Origin: Planctomycetaceae bacterium
GTDB taxonomy: Bacteria; Planctomycetota; Planctomycetia; Planctomycetales; Planctomycetaceae
Direction of reading: 5' to 3'
DNA: 28,202 bases
Assembly: GCA_016795125.1 (NCBI GenBank)
Contig: JAEUIG010000343.1
Coordinates: 1-28,202, forward strand
Below, piece after piece: positions 16,806 to 23,925 of this stretch. The notes below the pieces were generated by a model. That model saw only the letters and a program-made list of their open reading frames with translations. It searched no databases and was not told the origin of the DNA. The number at the start of each line of letters is the position of its first letter. The stretch's first letter is position 1. Both the position numbers and the translations under genes were made by a program.

Positions 16806-17849
16806 TTGCCTCCGTTCACCGACACCGCTTGCGGTTTCGCCACTCCCGTGCACGAAGTCACCGCCGACAATGTCGTCGAATACCTCCAGCAGGCCGGCCT
16901 GATCTCCGGTCCCGCCTCGGCGGAAGCCCTCGGCTGGGGGGTCTCCAACGTCGTCCTGCGCGTGACGCCCGACGCCGGTGCCCCGCTGGTCGTCAAGCAG
17001 TCACGCGAACTGCTGCGTACGCGCGCCGAGTGGCGCAGCCGGCTCGACCGCATCTGGCGGGAGGCCGACGTGCTCCGGCTCCTCGAACAGATTGTGCCGG
17101 GAGCGGCGCCACGACTGCTCCACGAGGACCGTCCCAACTACCTGCTGGTGATGGAGGCCATCGACCGTGACCACGTCGTCTGGAAGGAAGCCCTCCTGAA
17201 TGGCCGCATCGACCTGTCGCTGGCCGAAACACTCGGCACGCTGCTCGCCCGGATTCACACGCTGACCTGGCACAACCCGACTGTCGCCGAACTTATGGGC
17301 AATGCGGAGGCCTTCGACGAACTGCGGCTCGATCCCTACTACCGGCGACTCGCGTCCGTGCATCCGTCGTTGGCGCCGATTCTGCACGCGCTGATCGAGG
17401 CGTCACGCACGCGGCGGCATGCGCTCGTTCTGGCGGACTTCAGTCCCAAGAACATTCTCCTCACAGCCGACGGCCTGACGCTCGTCGACTTTGAAACCGG
17501 CCATTACGGTGATCCGCCATTCGATCTCGGATTCTTCCTGACGCACATCGCACTGAAGGGCGTCCGCGCAGGACGCGGCGACGATCGCTGCTTTCTGCTC
17601 GCACAGCAGTTCTGGAAGTCCTATGCGGACGCGATGACTCCATTGACCTCCACGATCGCGGATTTTGAGCCGCTGTGCGTCCGCCACTGGACGGCCTGCC
17701 TGCTCGCCCGCGTCGACGGCAAGAGTCCGGTCGATTACCTCGATGAGCCACAACAGGCCCTGGTGCGTGAATTCGCTCTCAAGACGCGCCTGTCGCCCGC
17801 CGACCGCATGCCGCAGGCACTCGCAGCGCTGCAGGCGCGCGTCCTGTAG
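16806..17849 (+). CDS. APH / methylthioribose-kinase-like phosphotransferase
   Basis: GWGVSNVVLRV, VVKQ, LVMEA, ADFSPKNIL, LVDFE, GDPPFDLG. Start may be GTG 16848. Confidence 0.8.
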   Translation: MPPFTDTACGFATPVHEVTADNVVEYLQQAGLISGPASAEALGWGVSNVVLRVTPDAGAPLVVKQSRELLRTRAEWRSRLDRIWREADVLRLLEQIVPGAAPRLLHEDRPNYLLVMEAIDRDHVVWKEALLNGRIDLSLAETLGTLLARIHTLTWHNPTVAELMGNAEAFDELRLDPYYRRLASVHPSLAPILHALIEASRTRRHALVLADFSPKNILLTADGLTLVDFETGHYGDPPFDLGFFLTHIALKGVRAGRGDDRCFLLAQQFWKSYADAMTPLTSTIADFEPLCVRHWTACLLARVDGKSPVDYLDEPQQALVREFALKTRLSPADRMPQALAALQARVL

Positions 17850-17852
17850 TTC

Positions 17853-17886
17853 CTTTGCGCGTCTTTGCGTCTCTGTGACTTTGCGT
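17853..17886. repeat. ~8-bp tandem array (CTTTGCGT-like)
   Basis: CTTTGCGCGT CTTTGCGT CTCTGTGA CTTTGCGT, starting 3 bp after the stop codon. Confidence 0.7.
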
Positions 17887-18069
17887 CGCTTTCCTGAGTG
17901 ATGACTTTTGCACGATCACCCCATCCGGCGTTCGGTGCGTCCGGTACACGCGGAACGCTCCATCGAGGCGCCGCCACAAACCCTCCAGTTTCCCAGAAGC
18001 CCCTCGCCTGCACGGCCCGATATCACGAGCGTTGGCTATTGAAACTGCAACTCGGCGGGGGATGCGGCG

Positions 18070-18459
18070 ATGTCGGAAACTTCTCAATCCGTGGGACGCA
18101 TCGCGATCCTGACCGCGTTCACGTTGCTGTTCGCGGCCGCGTGGCGCAGCGATTGTTCCGCTCCCCGCAGCATCGCTGCTCCCATCGCCTGCTCCAAACG
18201 CGGGTCCGGTTCTGCCGGAATTGCGGAATCCCCGGGGAGCATCGCCGCCGGGATGCAGGCGGTCAGCCCGCTGGTCGAGAAGACGCTCCATGACGCTTAC
18301 CTTCCCGGGCGTCTGTTGAGCCTGGCAACTCGCTCCAGCGATGCCCCGAAGCCGCTCTTTTCCAGTTCAGCGGCCCTGTTGGAGCGCTCGAGCGTTGTCC
18401 AGGACGGCAGCGAGTCGCGCACGGCCGCCGCCGATGCGCTGGTGCAGACTGTCGAGTAG
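18070..18459 (+). CDS. Possible small secreted or membrane-anchored protein
   Basis: N-terminal R followed by hydrophobic IAILTAFTLLFAAAW. Its stop abuts the stop of the convergent gene (TAG|CTA). No family recognised. Confidence 0.4.
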   Translation: MSETSQSVGRIAILTAFTLLFAAAWRSDCSAPRSIAAPIACSKRGSGSAGIAESPGSIAAGMQAVSPLVEKTLHDAYLPGRLLSLATRSSDAPKPLFSSSAALLERSSVVQDGSESRTAAADALVQTVE

Positions 18460-19695
18460 CTACGGTGCGGCGCCGATGCACAGCATTTGCGAGAAGGTCC
18501 GCACGTACATCCGGTCCCCGAGCACGGCCGGCGTCGCGTGGCTGGCTTCGGGCAGCGGATTCCGTGCCAACTCAGCAAAGGCGCGATCCGCGGCCAGCAC
18601 GATCATCTCGCCATCGGTCGAAATGTTGTAAATGGCGTTTCCGGCCGCGATCGGCGACGAATAAAAGTTGCCGCCGATCCGCTCCCGCCAGTGCACCGCG
18701 CCGGTGGCGGCTTCCACGCAGGTGACCACCCCGTTGTCGGCCCAGAAGATCACCAGGCCGTTGACGACGAGCGGCGTCGTGCACAGTGGCGCGCCCCGGT
18801 CGAGTCTCCATGCCACCTTGTCACCTTTGCGTTCCGGATCGACGGCCACGGCTTCATAGCCATGCCCCAGGTAGCCGGACACGCCGATGACGAGGTTGCC
18901 GGCCAGCACCGGCGACGCGATGGAGGCTTCGATGTGCTCCTTGTCGAAAACGTCTGCCGCCCAGTTTGGCTGCCCGGTCGTGGGATCAACGCCGGCGATT
19001 CCGTGCTCCCAGTTGACGAACACCAGCTCGTCCCCCGCCGTTGTTGAGCGGACGCAAGGGGTCGCATAGTGCAGGGCGCTCTCGCAGGGAACTTTCCAGT
19101 CGACGCTTCCATCGTCGCACCGCAGTGCAGCGCGAAAGCTCCCCTCGCCTTTTTCCACCGGCAGCACGAGCCGCTCTCCGTGGAGCACCAGCGACTGGCC
19201 GAAGCCGTGTCCGGCGATGTACGGACCGAGATCGGACTCCCAGGCCACCTCCCCGTCGTGCCGGAGAGCGACCACCTTGATTTCGTCGGGAGTTCCCCAG
19301 GCGATGTAAACGTGTCGCTCATCGGCGGTCGGTGTGGCCGACGCAAGCGAGTTGAGTTCGTGCGTCGCGTGTGACGCCGCCGGAAATGTCCGGGTCCATT
19401 CAATGTCCCCCCGGTCCAGGCGCAGAGCGCCGATGGTCCGGTCCCCGGTCCGTTCGTCAGCACACGTGACAAACAGCCGGTCGCCCCAGATGACCGGGGA
19501 GGAATGTCCGTGACCGGGCAGGTCGGTCCGCCACAGGCAGTTCTCGTCCTTCCAGGTGATCGGGATGCGGGATTCAGGAGTGACGCCTGCTCCGTTCGGT
19601 CCCCGAAAGCGAGGCCACTGCGCCGCATCGGCGCCGTCGGGCGGTGCTCCCCAGGATAGGAACAACCCGCAAAGTAACAGCCGTAAAGCAGGCAC
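18460..19695 (-). CDS. PQQ-like / BamB-like beta-propeller repeat protein
   Basis: AQWPRFRGPNGAG, WRTDLPGHGHSSPVIWGDRLFV, SATPTADE, ASPVLAG, FYSSPI, SHATPAVLGDRMYVRT. Start uncertain (GTG 19695 or ATG 19776/19779). Confidence 0.88.
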   Translation of the reverse strand: MPALRLLLCGLFLSWGAPPDGADAAQWPRFRGPNGAGVTPESRIPITWKDENCLWRTDLPGHGHSSPVIWGDRLFVTCADERTGDRTIGALRLDRGDIEWTRTFPAASHATHELNSLASATPTADERHVYIAWGTPDEIKVVALRHDGEVAWESDLGPYIAGHGFGQSLVLHGERLVLPVEKGEGSFRAALRCDDGSVDWKVPCESALHYATPCVRSTTAGDELVFVNWEHGIAGVDPTTGQPNWAADVFDKEHIEASIASPVLAGNLVIGVSGYLGHGYEAVAVDPERKGDKVAWRLDRGAPLCTTPLVVNGLVIFWADNGVVTCVEAATGAVHWRERIGGNFYSSPIAAGNAIYNISTDGEMIVLAADRAFAELARNPLPEASHATPAVLGDRMYVRTFSQMLCIGAAP

Positions 19696-19973
19696 AGTTG
19701 ACGGCTCCCTGACGCACAGGTGCTCAACACGGTGTAATGTTTTACTGGTTGGCCGGCCACAGATGCGAGCGGGCATCATCGACTCGGCACGAGCGCAGAC
19801 CGCCGACCTTTCATCGCGGAAGCACTGAATTTGCCGACTGGGGAGAATTCCGCGACTTTTGAGAATCGACGCAGGAATTGAAATCGGACACTTGCAATCT
19901 GGCGAGAAAAAGATGAAGCTTGCCACCCGCAGTGCCCACACTGCCTAGAACTCCCAGTAATTGCGATTGCATG

Positions 19974-20016
19974 CAGGCATCTGAGTTGATGCCTGAGGTA
20001 AAGTTCACCCGAACTT
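19974..20016. promoter_or_regulatory. Two adjacent operator-like palindromes
   Basis: CAGGCATC-N6-GATGCCTG (19974-19995) and AAGTTC-N4-GAACTT (20001-20016), in a divergent intergenic region. Confidence 0.45.
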
Positions 20017-20100
20017 CTCAATCCCCTGAGTTTGCCCGCTACCCCGAAACCTGTGCTCGGTCCGGTGGGTCTCCGTGGCTGTTTCAAGAAAGGTAGAGCG

Positions 20101-20424
20101 ATGCGTAGAACGTTTTGGTCCCTGATGTTGACGGGTATCGCCGTCACCGCGTTGGCTGGTTTCTCGTCGTCGACGCAGCAGGCCGAAGCCGGTCTGTTCA
20201 GCCGTCTGCGGGCGCACTTCTCCGGCAACTGCTCGTGCTCCTGCGATGCCGTCGCCACCTGCTGCCCGGAACCGGCCTGCACCCCGGCGCCGACCTGCTG
20301 CCCGCAGCCGGCCTGCACCCCGGCCCCGACTTGCTGCCCGGCTCCGTGCGACGCCTGCGGTGAGAGCAGCTGCGGCTGCGAAGATGACTGCGACGACGAC
20401 TGCGATGACGACTGCGACGACTGA
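20101..20424 (+). CDS. Secreted Cys/Pro-repeat microprotein with Asp-Cys acidic tail (107 aa)
   Basis: AAAGGT upstream; Sec signal ending AEA|G; 18 Cys; repeats TCCPxPACTPAP and DDDC; high-GC3 codon usage; terminator downstream. Confidence 0.88.
   Translation: MRRTFWSLMLTGIAVTALAGFSSSTQQAEAGLFSRLRAHFSGNCSCSCDAVATCCPEPACTPAPTCCPQPACTPAPTCCPAPCDACGESSCGCEDDCDDDCDDDCDD
20257..20349 (+). repeat. 36-bp coding tandem repeat (about 2.5 copies)
   Basis: Units start at 20257, 20293 and 20329 and encode TCCPEPACTPAP, TCCPQPACTPAP and TCCPAPC. Confidence 0.9.
20380..20421 (+). repeat. 12-bp coding tandem repeat
   Basis: GAAGATGACTGC GACGACGACTGC GATGACGACTGC GACGAC, encoding EDDC DDDC DDDC DD. Confidence 0.85.
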
Positions 20425-20447
20425 ATTTGACTGACTGAACGGCTTTT

Positions 20448-20545
20448 AGCCGCTTGACTGGCCCTGTGCAGTACCGGCTGGGACTCACATGACCGCGCTG
20501 CCCCCGCCTTGCGGGTGGCCAGCGCACCAGTCAGGCGGCTTTTTT
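20448..20545 (+). terminator. Intrinsic terminator with a branched stem
   Basis: AGCCGCTTGACTGG (20448-20461) pairs with CCAGTCAGGCGGCT (20527-20540): 14 bp including one G-U; T6 tract at 20540-20545. Confidence 0.7.
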
Positions 20546-20583
20546 ATTGCGCTCACCTTCCCCGATCCGGAAGTGGGGTCGGA

Positions 20584-20653
20584 TGCCACTGGCTTCGCCA
20601 GTGCATGTTACGGTGGATGCGGCTCTTGGATCGCACTTTCGAAGCCAGTGGCA
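20584..20653. repeat. Inverted pair of REP-like hairpins
   Basis: TGCCACTGGCTTCGCCAGTGC (20584-20604) and GCACTTTCGAAGCCAGTGGCA (20633-20653) match 19/21 as reverse complements; the first copy has an internal stem CACTGGC-TTC-GCCAGTG. Confidence 0.8.
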
Positions 20654-20774
20654 CACAACTTCAGCCCTCCGCCATTTGCGATTCCCGGGCGTACGGCGTA
20701 GCTTGGATCGGTGACGTTCAGCGGCGCGACTCCTTCGCGGTCGCACCGGACCGCATCGCGTCACGGGGCGGACC

Positions 20775-22145
20775 ATGCGCTGGCCGATTCGCAATCAGAT
20801 TCTGCTGCCCTTGACGGCCCTGCAGGTCGTCGTAGTTTCGGTCGTCACCGCCTGGGCCGCCTGGACCGCCGCCGATCGCGTGCGCGATGACGCTACCCAG
20901 CGGATGGCCAACGTCCGCGACCTGCTGCAGCGCGCTACCTTTCCATTGACCCCCGGCGTGCTCGGCCAGATCCGCCTGCTGTCTGGTGCAGAATACGCAC
21001 TGTTCGACGACGCCGGCCGGCCGACGTTCTCGACCCTGCACGATGCGGCGGGAGGCCCGGACGATTTGCAGTCCGCCGGCGCGGTCGCAGCCAGACTCGG
21101 AGTGCACGATGTGCAGGTCAACGACCGAACTTACGGGGCGGAATGGATTCTCGCGCCGCGGACAGCCGGCGCACCGGTCCAGCTCCTCGTGCTCCACCCC
21201 CGCGACCGGCTGCGCCAACTCCAGCAGGACGCCATCGCCGGCCCGCTGCTGACAGGGGGCTGGATCCTGCTCCTGACCGTGCTGGCGACCACCTGGGTAT
21301 CCCATCGCATCGGCCGACGGATGCAGCGGATTGAACGGCATGCGGCGCGCATCGCCGGCGGCGACTTCGCCCCCGTCGAGTTGCCCCGCCGCATCGACGA
21401 AATCCGCGACCTGTCCCAGTCCGTCAATCAGATGGCGGAAGGCCTGCAGCAGTTGACCGGTTCCATCCGGACTCATGAGCGGTCGCTGCTGGTTTCGCAG
21501 ATCGCGGCCGGACTCGCGCATCAGCTGCGCAACGCCCTGACCGGCATCCGCATGGCGGTGCAGGTCCACCAGCGACGCTGTCCGGCGCGGGAGGACGCCA
21601 GTCTCGACGTCGCCCTGGCCCAGCTGTCGCTGACCGAACAGCAGATTCGCGGCCTCCTGAGTCTGACGCGCGGCGAGCACAGGTCGATCATGCCGGGTCC
21701 GGCGACGGCCCTGCTCAATGAAATCGCCACAATGATTGAGCCGGTCTGCGAACACCGGCGGATTGCGTTCACCTACAATGCCGATTGCGACCGGGCCGCC
21801 ATCGTCGCCGACGCCGACGCCTTCCGATCGGCCGTGCTCAACCTGTGCATGAACGGCGTTGAGGCGGCGGGGCGCCCGGGAGAGCTGTCGCTCGTCGCGC
21901 GGCAATCTGCGGGCATGCTCGAAGTGGCCGTTTCCGACAATGGCGCCGGCGTGCCGCCGCGAATTCGCGATTCGCTGTTCACGCCGTTTGTCACGACCAA
22001 ACCGGAGGGCGTCGGCCTCGGGCTGGCGCTGGCGCGCAGCGCCGCCGAAGACCTGGGAGGCGGCGTCGAACTGTGTCGCGACAATCAGCGGACAGTGTTT
22101 ACCTTCCGCTGCCGAATCCAATCGCCGCCCATGCTGGCCTCCTGA
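20775..22145 (+). CDS. HAMP-domain sensor histidine kinase
   Basis: Two TMs, HAMP (DEIRDLSQSVNQMA), H-box LAHQLRN, N-box NLCMNG, G1 SDNGAG, F and G2 FTPFVTTKPEGVGLGL. Confidence 0.93.
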   Translation: MRWPIRNQILLPLTALQVVVVSVVTAWAAWTAADRVRDDATQRMANVRDLLQRATFPLTPGVLGQIRLLSGAEYALFDDAGRPTFSTLHDAAGGPDDLQSAGAVAARLGVHDVQVNDRTYGAEWILAPRTAGAPVQLLVLHPRDRLRQLQQDAIAGPLLTGGWILLLTVLATTWVSHRIGRRMQRIERHAARIAGGDFAPVELPRRIDEIRDLSQSVNQMAEGLQQLTGSIRTHERSLLVSQIAAGLAHQLRNALTGIRMAVQVHQRRCPAREDASLDVALAQLSLTEQQIRGLLSLTRGEHRSIMPGPATALLNEIATMIEPVCEHRRIAFTYNADCDRAAIVADADAFRSAVLNLCMNGVEAAGRPGELSLVARQSAGMLEVAVSDNGAGVPPRIRDSLFTPFVTTKPEGVGLGLALARSAAEDLGGGVELCRDNQRTVFTFRCRIQSPPMLAS

Positions 22146-22157
22146 AGGAATCGTTTC

Positions 22158-23528
22158 GTGAGCCAGGTGCTGATCATCGATGATGAGCCGACGATCTGCT
22201 GGACGTTCGAGCAGGCGCTGACGGACGCCGGGCACGACGTCCACACGTTCGCGTCGGCCGAAACCGCGCTGGAGGAACTCGACGGCCTGCGGCCGGATGT
22301 CGTCCTCCTCGATGTCCGCCTGCCCGGGATGAGCGGACTGGAAGCGCTCGGTTTGCTGCGGCAGCGGCTGGACGCAACTCCTGTCATCCTGATGACGGCG
22401 TTCGGCAGCCTCGACGTGGCCGTGCAGGCCATCACCGACGGTGCGTTTGACTACCTCCCCAAGCCGTTCGACCTCGATGCGGCGGTGGACGTCGTTTCGC
22501 GGGCGCTGGCCGTTCGGCCTCCATCACGCGTGGGCGCCGAACGACGGGCCGCGGACGCCGCCGAGATCATCGGCCGGTCGCGCGCCATGCAGGAGATTTT
22601 CCGCCAGGTGGCGCTCGTGGCGCGGGAGGACGTGCCAGTGCTGATCACCGGCGAGAGCGGCGTCGGCAAGGAGCTCGTCGCGCGGGCCATTCACCAGCGC
22701 AGCGCCTTCGCCGGCGGGGCCTTCGTCCCGATCTGCATGCCGGCACTCAGTCCGCAACTCATCGAAAGCGAACTTTTCGGCCACGTACGCGGTGCATTCA
22801 CCGGGGCGGAGCGCGACCGCACGGGATTGCTCCAGTCAGCCTGCGGAGGCACGGCGTTCTTCGACGAAATCGGGGAAGTGCCGCTGCTGCAACAGGTCAA
22901 GCTGCTGCGGATTCTCGACGACAAGCAACTCACTCCCGTCGGCAGCAGCACCGCGCAGCCGGCATCCTTCCGCCTCATTGCCGCGACCAACCGGTCGCTC
23001 GAACAGCTCGTCGACAGTGGCGGGTTTCGTGACGACCTGTACTACCGTTTGCGGGTATTCCCCATCCAGGTGCCGCCGTTGCGCGAACGGCGCGACGACA
23101 TTCCGGAACTGGCGCGGCACTTTCTGCTGCTGGCCGGGGGGGAGCGGCATCTGCGGTTGTCCGACTCCGCCATGGCAGAATTGCAGGGGCGGCACTGGTA
23201 TGGAAACGTGCGCGAATTGCGGGCGGCGATGCAGTACGCGGCGGTGGTGACCCGCGGTGAGCTTGTCACTCCCGACGGCTTGCCGCCCTCGCGCTCGCCA
23301 GAGAACGCCGCGCGGGACAAACTGCCGGAGCAGATCCGCGAGGAACTGCGAACGTGGGCGGCGGCCCGCGCGCGGGACTCGGCAGACCTGTACCTGCGAT
23401 TCCTGGAGGAGTTCGAGCGGCCAGTGATCGACGTGGCGCTGGAAGCCTGCGGCGGCAACCGCAGCGCCGCGGCCGAACTGCTCGGACTGCATCGCGAGAC
23501 GCTGCGAAAGAAGCTGGGGGGGAAGTAG
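22158..23528 (+). CDS. Sigma54-dependent response regulator (NtrC/AtoC family)
   Basis: Receiver IIDDE...LLDVRLPG...PKP; Walker A GESGVGKE; ELFGHVRGAFTGA; FFDEIGE; AATNR; DLYYRL; WYGNVREL; Fis-type HTH. Confidence 0.95.
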   Translation: MSQVLIIDDEPTICWTFEQALTDAGHDVHTFASAETALEELDGLRPDVVLLDVRLPGMSGLEALGLLRQRLDATPVILMTAFGSLDVAVQAITDGAFDYLPKPFDLDAAVDVVSRALAVRPPSRVGAERRAADAAEIIGRSRAMQEIFRQVALVAREDVPVLITGESGVGKELVARAIHQRSAFAGGAFVPICMPALSPQLIESELFGHVRGAFTGAERDRTGLLQSACGGTAFFDEIGEVPLLQQVKLLRILDDKQLTPVGSSTAQPASFRLIAATNRSLEQLVDSGGFRDDLYYRLRVFPIQVPPLRERRDDIPELARHFLLLAGGERHLRLSDSAMAELQGRHWYGNVRELRAAMQYAAVVTRGELVTPDGLPPSRSPENAARDKLPEQIREELRTWAAARARDSADLYLRFLEEFERPVIDVALEACGGNRSAAAELLGLHRETLRKKLGGK

Positions 23529-23530
23529 CG

Positions 23531-23579
23531 GCCGGAAACCGGAGATCGGACGTCAGTAGCCAGAGGTCAGAGGTCGAAG
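23531..23579. repeat. Degenerate 7-bp tandem array, 7 units
   Basis: GCCGGAA ACCGGAG ATCGGAC GTCAGTA GCCAGAG GTCAGAG GTCGAAG, starting 2 bp after the regulator stop. Confidence 0.7.
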
Positions 23580-23662
23580 GCAATTCTGTTCAGAGCTCGG
23601 CTTGGTGCGTGCGTGTGTCGCCTGGCGAGTCTCGCAGTCCGACCCCGGCGTCGCACCCAAGC

Positions 23663-23742
23663 CGACCCCAACGGGGTCGCAGAATGTAGCCGGGGGTTGA
23701 GCGCAGCTCGCCGTCAGGCGAGCGGAGCGATACCCCCGGTTA
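23663..23742. repeat. REP-like double-hairpin element
   Basis: CGACCCC-AAC-GGGGTCG (23663-23679), then TAGCCGGGGG (23687-23696) pairing with CCCCCGGTTA (23733-23742) around GCTCGCC-GTCA-GGCGAGC. Confidence 0.75.
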
Positions 23743-23760
23743 ATGGCGCGCAACATTCCT

Positions 23761-23803
23761 CCCTCCCCCCGTTTTTTGGGGGGGGGAGGGCCGGGGAGGG
23801 GGG
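23761..23803. repeat. C/G-run hairpin element with G-quadruplex-like tail
   Basis: CCCTCCCCCC (23761-23770) pairs with GGGGGGAGGG (23781-23790); G-tracts G9-A-G3-CC-G4-A-G6. Confidence 0.7.
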
Positions 23804-23925
23804 CGGAACGGTGAGTGCGTCCTCCATGTGAATCAGTTCTGAAGCAGCGCCGATCGCGCACTCGCAGCGACGCGTGAATTGGCCCCTCACACTGGTAACC
23901 TCCAACAATGCCCAGGCGCCGCGGC

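Noticed and set aside
19668-19683. GG-N10-GC sigma54-like spacing on the minus strand
   Set aside because: Lies inside the propeller signal-peptide coding region and matches the consensus poorly.
20590-20605. TGGCTTCGCCAGTGCA as a sigma54 -24/-12 promoter for the two-component operon
   Set aside because: The spacing fits, but it is wholly part of the REP-like hairpin and lacks the ACG and TT consensus positions.
20718-22244. 508-aa minus-strand ORF
   Set aside because: Antisense shadow of the histidine kinase.
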